DNA from: a virus
Length of the DNA: 64,000 nucleotides
IMG/VR virus record: IMGVR_UViG_3300033153_009093
Span: 96,001-160,000 of that record
Direction: 5' to 3' (one strand)
Shown here: positions 44,632 to 55,506 of the stretch, piece after piece
Position numbering within the stretch: the stretch's first letter is position 1
Layout: each line of letters opens with the position of its first letter
Notes under the pieces: generated by a model
Told to the model about the DNA's origin: nothing
Databases searched by the model: none
Seen by the model: the letters and a program-made list of their open reading frames with translations, nothing else
Translations under genes and position numbers: made by a program

Positions 44632-44868
44632 ATGAATAATAGTATAATTTAGTTTAAAAAAGAAAATAATATTTGTAAAGTTATAAAATATGAATCGGAA
44701 TTAAATTTAGATCACATTGTCAAATTAAATGATATTGTTTTTGAAAAATATTCTATATTATCAAAAATGGTACAAAAAAATAAAGTATATAAGTAGATAG
44801 GTATTTTAGAAAAAAAAAGAGTAAGAATATATGCAATAAAAACAAAATCGATAATTGGTATTTCATGA
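44632..44868 (+). CDS. Small hypothetical protein; 2 in-frame TAG
   Basis: MNNSII*FKKE...VYK*IGIL..., ends TGA 44866. Confidence 0.5.
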
Positions 44869-44880
44869 TGGTATATATTA

Positions 44881-45519
44881 ATGAGCAATGATAATATAAC
44901 GATAATATTTGATAAAAAATTTTTATTTTATACAGATAAAATGTTTGGGGATTTAGATTTTTTTAATGATAAATTTTAGATGATATTTAAGTCTTTTTCT
45001 TTCATTAAAACAAATATAAATAGAAACTTTAAGTATAGTGATAAAATGGGAGTAATGTCACTGGCAAATAAAGTATTTAAAGAAGTATCAAGAGATTTAA
45101 AATTATTTAATAATTATATATATAATCCAGAAGATAATATACAGGTTAGTATATCGTATTTTAAATCTCTTTATGATGCTTTTAATATATATGATATTGA
45201 TTTCGTTAATAGAATTAAATTAATGATATTGGCATATGAATAGAATATTATTTCGGTAAATTCATTATTGAAATCTAATACTTATAAACATTATTTAAAT
45301 AAAGAACATGATATACTTGAAATAATAAAAAATAATACTACTGATAAAAATTTATTAGAACATATTCGGACAATAAATGAAGTAATGAAAATATATAAAG
45401 AATTGTCCGAATATAACTTAAAAGATGATATAGATAATTCGAGAACCATTTACCGAAATAATATTATTTCTATGGTAAAAGATTATAATGATAAATATCA
45501 AGAAGATATTATATTATAG
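44881..45519 (+). CDS. Hypothetical protein (212 aa); 2 in-frame TAG
   Basis: Joins track ORFs 44980..45243 and 45268..45519 through TAG 44977 and 45241. Confidence 0.65.
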
Positions 45520-45544
45520 AATATTGATAAATAAAAGGAAAATC

Positions 45545-45853
45545 ATGAGCGAAAGTTTTGAAAATGTAATTGATAAATATCTTGGATATAGAGTAAAAGA
45601 TCGTGTAACAGGTATAGAAGGGGTTGTAACTTCTGTTTGTTTTGATTTATATGGTTGCATCCAATGTATACTACATCCGGGATTAAACGAAAGCGGAGAA
45701 ATCAGAGATACTAATTGGTTTGATCTTAATAGAATGATTATAATATCCGATGACCCTGTAATGGAGTCGCCTCACCATTCATTAAAAAGAGATGCTAAAA
45801 AAAATCGCATATACGACAAAGGGCCGACTAATAAACCAATGCAAAAAATCTAA
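45545..45853 (+). CDS. Conserved-looking phage hypothetical protein
   Basis: LGYRVKDRVTGIEGVVTSVCFDLYGC...WFD pattern; start moved to ATG 45545. Confidence 0.6.
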   Translation: MSESFENVIDKYLGYRVKDRVTGIEGVVTSVCFDLYGCIQCILHPGLNESGEIRDTNWFDLNRMIIISDDPVMESPHHSLKRDAKKNRIYDKGPTNKPMQKI

Positions 45854-45864
45854 TTAAAATAATT

Positions 45865-46851
45865 ATGAATTTACCTATATCATATTCCAAATTCAATACA
45901 TTTTGCTTTTGTCCATTGAAATATTGTCATCAATATGTAATAAAAACTCCATCAGAGTTTAAAATACAATATCCTTTAGTATTAGGCCAATTGACTCATT
46001 TATTTATACAATTATTCAATGATGAAAAATTTGATAAAGGAGATATTTTAAATTTAAAAAACGATTTAGATCAATTATACGATTTAATAGATTTAAAATA
46101 TCCCGCTTTTTACAATGATCAATATAAAATAAAACAAATTGATATATCGAAAAATGTAAGTAATTTAATAAATTTCATAAATGAAAGCCCGGCAGTATTT
46201 TTTCATGCGGTGAAATTATTTAATGTATATAATTCTACATTTTTTCCGAAAATAAATATGTCATCTGGTATATTATCAGAAATGACATTTCATAATATTA
46301 TACCAGTATCAGATGAATTTACGGTATGTTTATATGGAAGTATAGATATATTTTTCTATAATTTAATTGATGGGATATTAAATTATATTTATATTAGTGA
46401 TATAAAAAGTGGTAAGAGATTATATGATCATTACTTTGATCAATTATTTTTTTATTTATTTAATATACGTGATTATAATATTGAACTAGGTAAAAAAATA
46501 ATTGATAATACTGATAATATTAAAGTTATTAGTACTTTAAAAGATAAAATAACCGATGAAAATAGTAAGTTAGTACTTTTTTCACTGCAAGAAAATTTAC
46601 ATGTTAAGAAAGATTTTAAAGTAATTAAAAATGAATATGAAGATTTTATAAGTAAGTTGTATAGAATATTACAAAATGATATTTATTTTTTACATAAAGA
46701 TAAAGATTTTATAGTATTAAGTGAAATTTTTAATAAATATAAAGAAGAATATAATTTGAAGAGTATGACTGAATGCCAAAAGAAAGATGTTAGTTATCTT
46801 TGTAACTTTTGTGATTTTATAGAAGTTTGTGAGTATAGAAAATTGAAATAA
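45865..46851 (+). CDS. Cas4/RecB-like PD-(D/E)xK exonuclease
   Basis: SYSKFNTF.FCP, GSIDIF, DIKSGK, C-terminal C..C.F...C. Confidence 0.75.
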   Translation: MNLPISYSKFNTFCFCPLKYCHQYVIKTPSEFKIQYPLVLGQLTHLFIQLFNDEKFDKGDILNLKNDLDQLYDLIDLKYPAFYNDQYKIKQIDISKNVSNLINFINESPAVFFHAVKLFNVYNSTFFPKINMSSGILSEMTFHNIIPVSDEFTVCLYGSIDIFFYNLIDGILNYIYISDIKSGKRLYDHYFDQLFFYLFNIRDYNIELGKKIIDNTDNIKVISTLKDKITDENSKLVLFSLQENLHVKKDFKVIKNEYEDFISKLYRILQNDIYFLHKDKDFIVLSEIFNKYKEEYNLKSMTECQKKDVSYLCNFCDFIEVCEYRKLK

Positions 46852-46867
46852 TTGGAGATAGTTTTTA

Positions 46868-47086
46868 ATGGTTAATATAACAGTTGAAAAAAAATCATAT
46901 GAATCATTATATGGAATGATAAGTAGATTTAATAAAAAGGTAGAGGATGAAGGTATTTTAAAAGATTATAAATTATCCCAAATGAGAAAACAAGATAGAC
47001 TGACTTTTAAAAAATTTACTGCGGAAAGAAGAAGAGAAAAGCAACAAAAAAGAATTCAGTTAGCTATGAATTCATCTCGATCATGA
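46868..47086 (+). CDS. rpsU: Ribosomal protein bS21 homolog
   Basis: ESLYGMISRFNKKVEDEGILKDYK...RRREK matches the S21 pattern 'LKRFKR.....G.L.E.K'. Confidence 0.7.
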   Translation: MVNITVEKKSYESLYGMISRFNKKVEDEGILKDYKLSQMRKQDRLTFKKFTAERRREKQQKRIQLAMNSSRS

Positions 47087-47994
47087 AAACTACATACAAA
47101 ATATCAAAGAATTTTTTAAAAAATAAAGATTATAAAATTTGTATATTTGATGTTAATTCTTTATTTTTATTTAATGGCAAAAATAGTATAAGGTTAATGT
47201 ACGATTTTATAGCTAATTTAAGAAAAACATTCCCTGACTTATTAATAATAAACGTAATAGATAATGGTATTAGTAATATTTTATTAAATAAATATCCATA
47301 TTATAAAGCGAACAGAAATCATTCAATAAAAAGTAATAATATTATTATTAATAAATTTGGAACAATAAATAGTTTTAAGGCAAAAATCGGCAGAATACAT
47401 AAGTTAGATGAATCATTCAATAAAAATTTAACGTTTTATTATCCAGGTGAAAGTGATTTTAAAATAGGATAGATTTTAAAATATATAAATAAATATACAT
47501 CGTTATCTAGCGATAATATATTGACGGTTTCATTAGATAAAGATTTTTTATTAACAACGATATTAAGTGATTTTTTATTAAAAAGAAGAATAAATAAGAA
47601 GACACATTATTGTTTGATAGACAGTAATGTTAATATTGAACAAGTGAAAAGTGTTTTTGGAATAGAAAAATTGAATATTAAAAATCCATATGATTATTTT
47701 TATTTCTTAATATTAAATGGCGATAGAATAGATAATATAAAAAAATTATTTACAAAAGGTCAATCGATAAAAATTTTGAATAATATATTAGATGATTTTG
47801 ACGATATTAATTTAAACTTATTATTAAAATATTCAAAAAAAATATCAAATGAGATTGATACGAAATCTATTTATGACAATGGTTATTTAGTCGATTTATT
47901 TAATGATGATATTTTTACAATAACGGAAAAAAATATAATGAAATGGATTATGAATTATTTTTTTCAAAACAATAATATAAATATTTTATTATGA
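47083..47994 (+). CDS. Second FEN/RNase H-like 5'-3' nuclease; 1 in-frame TAG
   Basis: FDVNS, VIDNG, YPYYKANR, ESDFKIG*I, SLDKDF, LNGDRIDNI. Joins track ORFs 47083 and 47521 via TAG 47470-47472. Confidence 0.75.
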
Positions 47995-48434
47995 GAACAT
48001 TAAAATATATAAATTTAACTGATACAGATATAGATTCTACATTAGAATCTTTTAATGCAATTTATCAATCGATAGATGATGATAAATTTATTGATTATAT
48101 TAATAATTATTATAAAAATGATCAAAAAATTTATCCTTATAACATTGAGGAATTGCAACATTTTTGTAATAGTATTATAAAATTTATTACTTTAAAAAGA
48201 AATAAATTAAGAATTAAAACAAATTTGAAACTTAATAAAGTTGATTTATTTTCTAATATTTTTGAAGATGGATACACAATTTCTATTAATGTATATTTTT
48301 GGATAAATATATTATTTGAATATAATTTTTCAAAGTATGAAATATATGATAATATTGATGACATGGAAGACGCATATAGAGGAATGTACACTGATTATTT
48401 GATGGAACATGACAGAAATAAAGCAAATAGTTGA
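47991..48434 (+). CDS. Hypothetical protein
   Basis: Track ORF with ATGA overlap. Confidence 0.55.
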   Translation: MRTLKYINLTDTDIDSTLESFNAIYQSIDDDKFIDYINNYYKNDQKIYPYNIEELQHFCNSIIKFITLKRNKLRIKTNLKLNKVDLFSNIFEDGYTISINVYFWINILFEYNFSKYEIYDNIDDMEDAYRGMYTDYLMEHDRNKANS

Positions 48435-48464
48435 TTAATTAATAAACTTCGTGGTTAATTTTAT

Positions 48465-50237
48465 ATGAAATTAAAAAGTAATAATATTAAATTAAATTTA
48501 GCAAATAGAAATAGTATAAAAAAAAATACATCAACTCCTAGTAAAAATTAGGATAGTATTACTGATAATCCTGCCATTAGAGATAAAATATTATCAAATA
48601 CTAAATATGATATTCTTAATGAATCAGGATCAGAAATTAATAACGCTGCAATGAAAGCGTTTACTGATATGGGAATAGCTGTCAGTGATGTAAATGTAAA
48701 TGATCCGTTATCTCATAAAAATGTTATTAAGAGAGTTAATTTATATTTAAAAAGATTTCCGGAAGTCGAATATATTGTAGATATGATAGCATCATCCGTG
48801 ATATATTCATCATCCAGTAATACTAAAAAAATACAATGTACGTTAAGAGGAGATTATAAAACGTTAAATGGTTCGGACAGCACAATATCAGACAGTACAG
48901 AAAATGTCGATATCAGTGTCGATATCAATGATATAAAAGTTAAAAAAATAGATTCATAGTATGATGATTTAAATTTACAAATTGGTAATTTATTTAAAAA
49001 GAATAATATTAAATTAGCTCTATATGATTTTATAAAGTCTATAGTAAATTATGGATGTAGTATATTTTATATCAATGATACTGCAAAATACGAAGATGTT
49101 TCATTTTATAGTTTGGATGAATTAGATTTTTCATTTGAAAAAGATGAGGTTCATACTAATGCACTTTTGAATGAATTGAAAAGAGAAGATAGTAAAATAT
49201 TTGAAATATCAGAATTAAATAATGAAATTAAAAAGTTTAATTCAAATATAGTAACTGCAAAATTAAAAGAAGACGATACAGAGTTGGATATATCAAAAAT
49301 GTATTTTATTTCCGAAAAAGGTATTTTTGGAAAATCTAAGGTAATGAAAATAATTCATTATTTAAAGACTGTTGAGTTATTGGAGCTATCTTTACTTATT
49401 GAAAGATTATCAAAAACGAAAACTACACATGTATAGAAACTGGATTTAGATAAAGTTGAAGAAGAAGATTTATCTTCAACATTATTATTATATAGAAATT
49501 TATTAAAATCAAAGGTAGCACTGAATTACGATGAAGAAAATGATAATATGCAATTTGATTTTGTAAAAAATCTAGTTGATAATAATATTTTGGTACCTAC
49601 AGAAAATGATAACTTAACAATTGATACATTAAAATCTGATTTTAAGCCATTATTAGATGATGTAAGTTATTATTAGGATAAAATATATTTATCAATGGGA
49701 CTACCTTCGTATTACAGAAACTCCGATTCAAAGACGTATACAAACAATAATATGTTAATAATGCATGATAATGTATATTCTATGAAAATTAGACATTATC
49801 AACTTATAATAAATAATTTATTAACATTTTAGATTGAGAATTGGTTAAAAGTTAATTTTTCAAAAATATCAGTTAAATACTTAAATATAAATATACCAGA
49901 ATTTATTCCTTTAAGTGAGCGGAAAGAAACAGATATCGATAAATCTGGAAAATTTATCAATATGTTTTCGCAATTAGAAAGTACTTTAGGTGTAAAATTA
50001 AAAAGAGAATTTGTATTAAATAAATTATTTCCTAATGATATTATATCCGATATGGTAGAAGTGGAAGAAATGGATATTAAAAATGATATAGATTCTAATG
50101 AAAATAAAAAAGATGAAATAATGTCAATGTTTGAAGAAGGTGAAAACAAAAAAGAAAGCCTAAAGTTTTTTAGTATCACTAAACAAGATAATATAGATAT
50201 TATTAGGTATGATTTAAATTTAAGTATAAATTGGTGA
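48465..50237 (+). CDS. Portal protein (T4 gp20-like, 590 aa); 5 in-frame TAG
   Basis: PEVEYIVDMIASSVI, LKTVELLELSLLIERLS...V*KLDL, DDVSYY*DKIYLSMGLP follow gp20 motifs. TAG at 48549, 48957, 49434, 49674 and 49830. Confidence 0.7.
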
Positions 50238-50713
50238 AAATGATGGATTTAAAAAAATATAAAAACTGTTATGTTAAGTTGATAAATATCAATAATATGG
50301 CGGAAATTTATGGTACATTGGTCGATTTTGATTCTAAGGGAAATATTTGTTTATCAAGGTCAATAATTTCAGTAAATAAATTAATTGCTGATCCCGCATC
50401 AACAGTTAATAAAATTATTAAATATAATTATGCAGAACGTGAAGGAAGTACTATATCAAGTATTTTAGGGCCGATGTATAATAACGTTAACAATGATACA
50501 ATAGTTTGGCTGAATATTAATAATTTTGCATTTATTCCTATCCACGATAATGCTTCAGTTTTAATTGAGGATGCGGAAAATTCGAAAAAGTTAATTTCAG
50601 AATGGATAGATAATGTATACAGTAATTACAATGAAATGTATGAATTATTAAATAATTCAGAAGATGAAAACTCAGAATCTTTAAATGATACAGAAAAGGA
50701 AAAAGAAAAATGA
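50231..50713 (+). CDS. Sm/Lsm-like fold protein
   Basis: YVKLI...EIYGTLVDFDSKGNICLS resembles the Sm1 motif. Confidence 0.45.
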   Translation: MVKMMDLKKYKNCYVKLININNMAEIYGTLVDFDSKGNICLSRSIISVNKLIADPASTVNKIIKYNYAEREGSTISSILGPMYNNVNNDTIVWLNINNFAFIPIHDNASVLIEDAENSKKLISEWIDNVYSNYNEMYELLNNSEDENSESLNDTEKEKEK

Positions 50714-51054
50714 TAAGAGAATTAACAACTAGATACGGGTTAACGTATATTGGCGCATATGAAAAATCAGATGATAAATATCATTATTATAAAGATGTTA
50801 TGATGGTTTCTATGAAACCTGTAAAAGTTAATGATGAAAAATATAACATGGTACCTGCGGTAGATGTTATAAATATATTTTCAAATGATAGCGACTTTAA
50901 GTTTAAAGTCGGAGATGTAATTTATCAAGGGGAAGTTGAATATGAAAATTTTATCAAATTATATCTTGATACTCTTCAAATGTATCAAAGTGCGAAAATT
51001 AAACATGGTACATTTAAAGAAGATGATACAAATATAAGCATTCAAAAAAAGTAA
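50710..51054 (+). CDS. Phage Sm-like domain protein (putative)
   Basis: Short N-terminal beta-hairpin (RELTTRYGLTYIG) and layout similar to T4-like phage Sm-like proteins. Confidence 0.35.
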   Translation: MIRELTTRYGLTYIGAYEKSDDKYHYYKDVMMVSMKPVKVNDEKYNMVPAVDVINIFSNDSDFKFKVGDVIYQGEVEYENFIKLYLDTLQMYQSAKIKHGTFKEDDTNISIQKK

Positions 51055-51395
51055 TGGTTTATCAAAATTAGAAAGAAATAAAATCCGATGATATTATAGA
51101 ATTAATAACCGTAAATTTTCTTAGATTAATAGGATTAGTTAAGTATAATAAAAAAAACCACATATTACTAATTGATCCTTGTATTGTTGATGTAAAAAAA
51201 GTAGAAAATATTGAAAATAATACCGTACATTTTATTACAAATATGTTACCGTTTAGATTAACAGGAGATAATAATGAGGCATTATTTAATTATAAAAAAT
51301 TAAGTAGTATATCTATAGTATCATCAGATAAATTTATAAATATGTAGGATATGAATGTAACCGAATTTGCAAAACTTTATTTACATTCTAAATAA
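51054..51395 (+). CDS. Third small beta-rich (Sm-like?) protein, missed by the ORF track; 2 in-frame TAG
   Basis: TAATG-coupled start; MVYQN*KEIK...INM*DMNV...; TAA at 51393. Confidence 0.6.
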
Positions 51396-51414
51396 AAAAT
51401 AAGGAAATTGAAAA

Positions 51415-52116
51415 ATGTATAATTATTTAAATGAGTTAGCTTTTTACAAAGGCAAATCGGTCATGATCATTGAAACTTCTATCGGAGTTTCTTATGGTAA
51501 ATCCAGTCCATTTTTAAAGTTTAAATTTGCTCCAAGAAATGATTATAAATCGCCCGGTCAATGGAATGATGAAAACGTATTTTGGGTAACTTCGTATGTC
51601 GATCTGTGTTTGTTTGTAAAAGGAATTAAGGATGTCGCAAGTGGAAATGAGCAAAAATATGAATTGAAAAATCCTTCAAAAGGTGTAACTGTAAGTATAT
51701 ATTCTTCTAAGAATGATAAGGACGGGACAGAGTATATAAATTTTGCTTTTTATAAAGGTGAAACTAAAATTCATGTATCACTTATTAAATCAACTGAGTT
51801 TTTTGCTTTGTATACATATTATAAAAACTTACTTGATAATTATAATATAGTTTCGCAAACTGCGTTATTGAAATATGACGTTTGGTACGAATATGTTGGT
51901 AAGAAAGCACAAGGAAATGGTTCATATAATAATAACAAAAAAACATCATATACTAACGATAATAATAACAAAAATCAGTCATATACTAACGATAATAATA
52001 ATTATAAACCATCAAAAAATAATTCAACAATGAATACTGCTATGAATTCGATGGAAAATGATATAAAATCTTCTCAAAATAATTTTGATTTTAGTGATAA
52101 TGATGTACCCTTTTAA
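51415..52116 (+). CDS. Putative single-stranded DNA-binding protein
   Basis: Beta-rich N-terminal domain, Asn-rich linker, acidic ...DNDVPF tail typical of SSBs. Confidence 0.5.
   Translation: MYNYLNELAFYKGKSVMIIETSIGVSYGKSSPFLKFKFAPRNDYKSPGQWNDENVFWVTSYVDLCLFVKGIKDVASGNEQKYELKNPSKGVTVSIYSSKNDKDGTEYINFAFYKGETKIHVSLIKSTEFFALYTYYKNLLDNYNIVSQTALLKYDVWYEYVGKKAQGNGSYNNNKKTSYTNDNNNKNQSYTNDNNNYKPSKNNSTMNTAMNSMENDIKSSQNNFDFSDNDVPF
51946..52001 (+). repeat. Two copies of a 23-nt repeat in the SSB-like linker
   Basis: TCATATACTAACGATAATAATAA at 51946 and 51979 (SYTNDNNN x2). Confidence 0.8.
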
Positions 52117-52176
52117 CAAAAAGTCGGCAGGTATATAATTGATAAATTAATATAATAAATTCTGTTAGGAAATTGT

Positions 52177-53274
52177 ATGCCAAAAACAAAAAAATTAATA
52201 GTTACCCGCCCTACTAAAGGGGGCGGGTTATCGACATATTCGCAATCGTATAATGTCAATAACACTCCAAGTAAAGAATCTGATAATATAATAAATTCTA
52301 TAAAAATACAACATGCTATAAATGAAAGATATTTATTAAAAGATTATCTTAGAAGTTTAAAACTTTCCAATTTTGCAACATTTGATATAAAATTAATAAT
52401 ATCAAAAGTAAAAAACTTAAATGATATAGAAGAGTTATCAAAATTCATTATTGATAATATTGATCATTTAAATTTAATGGTAATATGTGGAATTTTTAAT
52501 AATATACCTAATAAATATGAATACTATGAAATAATATTTAGGCATATTATTGATAATTTGAATATCTCAGATGATAAATTATATTCTTTGATATATTCTT
52601 TGAATGATCATGATATGGTCTTAGGTTTATTACGGAAATCAAATAAATTAAAAACAGAAATATCAAATATTATTAATCCTTGTAATATTATACGCTTGTA
52701 TTATAGTAATATAAATCCCGAATGCATATACTCAGCTATTAACAGTTTTAATAATAATGATAATATATTAAAATATTTATCTAATAATATAAAATTATCA
52801 ACAGTAGAAAATAGAATTCTAGGTAGTTTTATTAAATATAATAATAATACTACAAAAGATACTAACTTATATTTAACATCTTTTGTAAATATATCACCTT
52901 ATATAGCTGCCGATATTTATAAAAGAGACATTGATATTGATATAGGATTATATTCTAGTGGAGTATATGAATTAAGTAATAAGAAAAAGGATATTGATAA
53001 ATTTTATTATAAAATAAAAGATATAAATGTTAATAACAATTCCAATTTTATAATTAATAATATTGGTTATTATTTAGATAATAATAATAAATGTTATTTA
53101 ATAATGTTATTAGAAATAAATAGTTCAAATATGCACAATTTTAATTTCATCGCCTTGCCATCAAAATTTACAGATATTAAAATAATTAATAAAATTATGA
53201 AAACTAATGGTGTAAAAAATAAAACGCAGATGATAAATTATAATTATAAAAAATATTTAGTGTGCAATAAATGA
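52177..53274 (+). CDS. Hypothetical protein
   Basis: 365-aa track ORF; start uncertain because a strong hairpin lies at 52204-52229. Confidence 0.55.
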   Translation: MPKTKKLIVTRPTKGGGLSTYSQSYNVNNTPSKESDNIINSIKIQHAINERYLLKDYLRSLKLSNFATFDIKLIISKVKNLNDIEELSKFIIDNIDHLNLMVICGIFNNIPNKYEYYEIIFRHIIDNLNISDDKLYSLIYSLNDHDMVLGLLRKSNKLKTEISNIINPCNIIRLYYSNINPECIYSAINSFNNNDNILKYLSNNIKLSTVENRILGSFIKYNNNTTKDTNLYLTSFVNISPYIAADIYKRDIDIDIGLYSSGVYELSNKKKDIDKFYYKIKDINVNNNSNFIINNIGYYLDNNNKCYLIMLLEINSSNMHNFNFIALPSKFTDIKIINKIMKTNGVKNKTQMINYNYKKYLVCNK

Positions 53275-54185
53275 ATAATATAATACCTTTTATTATACCA
53301 AAAGATATAAATTTTTATTTAAATAAAAATAAATATTATTTAATTATTGATTCTGATTATTTTGGTAAAGTTATCCGTTTCGGTGATTTTGTAATGTTGT
53401 CAAATTTATTATTTATTATTAAAATAAATTTAATAGAGCAATATGAAAATTTAAATATTGATAATTTTTATTTTTATTTAAATAATAAAAATAATATTAC
53501 TTTAAATAATCTTAATAGATTATTTAAATTATTTAAAAATTTATATGACCATAAAGTTAATATAAATAAAACTCAATATCATATTTATAATTTTAATCAA
53601 ATATTACCAAAAGGCAATTTATGGTTTTATAAATGTTATTTAGATAATTGTAATTATAAATTATCAAATAAATATAAAATGATATTACTTGATATTATCC
53701 CAGAAGATATAAATAAGAATACAGTATATATACTTCCTGTTATAAATAAAACTTATAACATTGAGCGAAATTGGAATATGCCTATGTTAAAGAATATTAT
53801 AAAAATTATAGATAAGCGGGATAATATAAAGATTATTTCAGTTGATAATTATCAACTGAGCGAAACAAATGAAAGATTACTAAAACAAGTTAGAAGTGAT
53901 ATAATTTTCTTGAAAAACGTTAATTGGTATGATATAATTAATGGAATATCATTAACATGTAAAGAATTTATTGGAGGTGATTGCGGTATGATGCATTTTG
54001 TTTCGGCTCTATCTGAACCTTATTCGCCTAATAAAATAACATGTTATTATAATACCCGAAATTGTAAAGAAGGAATAAAAGTATTTTATAAATATTTAAC
54101 TAATCATGATAATATATCAAGTGCAGTGGATTTTAAACCATTAGCACTATACAAAACTACTAATATAATTATAAAGAAATTTTAA
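53271..54185 (+). CDS. Divergent GT9-like glycosyltransferase
   Basis: RFGDFVM, FIGGDCGMMHFVSAL. Confidence 0.5.
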   Translation: MNNIIPFIIPKDINFYLNKNKYYLIIDSDYFGKVIRFGDFVMLSNLLFIIKINLIEQYENLNIDNFYFYLNNKNNITLNNLNRLFKLFKNLYDHKVNINKTQYHIYNFNQILPKGNLWFYKCYLDNCNYKLSNKYKMILLDIIPEDINKNTVYILPVINKTYNIERNWNMPMLKNIIKIIDKRDNIKIISVDNYQLSETNERLLKQVRSDIIFLKNVNWYDIINGISLTCKEFIGGDCGMMHFVSALSEPYSPNKITCYYNTRNCKEGIKVFYKYLTNHDNISSAVDFKPLALYKTTNIIIKKF

Positions 54186-54533
54186 ATGAAAAAGAAAAAA
54201 ATCATAAGTCCTTTAGAAGAAAGTATAATTAAATATTTAAAACAAAATAGAAAATTTAGTAGAACGGTCAAAATAGAAAATCAAGAAAATTATTATAATT
54301 TTATTTTGAATAAATTAGACAATTTATCAAATATTAATTATATTATTTTTCAAGATAGAATATATGAAAAAAGGCTGGAACGATTTTTATATACTGAAGA
54401 CACTTATGTTTTTATCATAAATGATAATGAGTTATTGAATAAATTAAAAGAAGTGAATTTTAATATATATAGTTATACCAATATATTATGTATTGAAAAT
54501 GACGAAGTTATATATTTAATGAACAGGAGTTAA
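54186..54533 (+). CDS. Hypothetical protein
   Basis: Track ORF. Confidence 0.5.
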   Translation: MKKKKIISPLEESIIKYLKQNRKFSRTVKIENQENYYNFILNKLDNLSNINYIIFQDRIYEKRLERFLYTEDTYVFIINDNELLNKLKEVNFNIYSYTNILCIENDEVIYLMNRS

Positions 54534-54599
54534 ATATAGAAAATATTAACAAAACTAATTAAATAAAATATTAAATATTTATTGGAGTATAAAATAACT

Positions 54600-55097
54600 A
54601 TGTACAATATAGCACAATTTGAAAAAGTTTTAGATTCATTATTAAGCGGTGATATAATACTTTGCGGAGGAAATGGCGGATCAATTTGTGATTCGATGCA
54701 CTTTGTAGCCGAGCTAACGGGAAGGTTTGATGGTAATACCAAAGAATATCCTGCTATTGCACTGGGTAGTAATCAAGCTGAAATAACGGCTTTTGGGAAT
54801 GATTATGGATATGAAAATATATTTATTCCATATATTAATGCATTTAAAAAAATTAATCCGTCATATTTATTTATTTCAACTTCAGGTACTTCAAAAAATA
54901 TATTAACGGCAATAAAATATATTAAAGATACATATAGTAATTATCACATTTCGTTATTAACAGGAGATGTTAATATTTCCGATACTGTTTATGATAATGT
55001 AAATTCCATACAAGTAAAATCAAAAAATACACAAATTATTCAAGAAAATCATATTGCAATTTTACATAAATTAGCTAAAAAAATAAAAGAGATATAA
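54600..55097 (+). CDS. gmhA: Phosphoheptose (sedoheptulose-7-phosphate) isomerase
   Basis: CGGNGGS.CDSMHFVAEL.GRF, TAFGNDYGY, STSGTSKN, IQENH; GGAG upstream of ATG 54600. Confidence 0.9.
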   Translation: MYNIAQFEKVLDSLLSGDIILCGGNGGSICDSMHFVAELTGRFDGNTKEYPAIALGSNQAEITAFGNDYGYENIFIPYINAFKKINPSYLFISTSGTSKNILTAIKYIKDTYSNYHISLLTGDVNISDTVYDNVNSIQVKSKNTQIIQENHIAILHKLAKKIKEI

Positions 55098-55100
55098 AGA

Positions 55101-55493
55101 ATGTTTAATAAGGCGGCATATAAACATTCTGATCCTGTAAAATATAAAGTGGTCGATTATTTAAATAAAAAGGGAACGTATACTATTTGTATCGAAGATA
55201 AATCGACTGAAGATATTAAAGCTTTGGTTCCTTTTAATATTGAAGTGGAACATAGGACAGTGTGGAAAGGGGAACGATTTCCATATCAATCAATCAGTGT
55301 CCCTTATAGAAAGTATAGACATAAAAAGAAAAATACCTTTTTTTATGTAGTAAATAATGAAATGACTTATGCTTATATTATTAATAGTATTTTATTATCG
55401 CAAGATTATTTAGTTATAAAAAATACTACTCGTGTTAAAAAAGAAAAGTTTTTTCATATACCTATAAATAAATGTAAAAAGATAAAATTATAA
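55101..55493 (+). CDS. Hypothetical protein, possible PD-(D/E)xK-like nuclease
   Basis: DIKA...IEVEHR..WKG.RFPY...PYRK. Confidence 0.45.
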   Translation: MFNKAAYKHSDPVKYKVVDYLNKKGTYTICIEDKSTEDIKALVPFNIEVEHRTVWKGERFPYQSISVPYRKYRHKKKNTFFYVVNNEMTYAYIINSILLSQDYLVIKNTTRVKKEKFFHIPINKCKKIKL

Positions 55494-55506
55494 AAAGGTT
55501 AATGGT

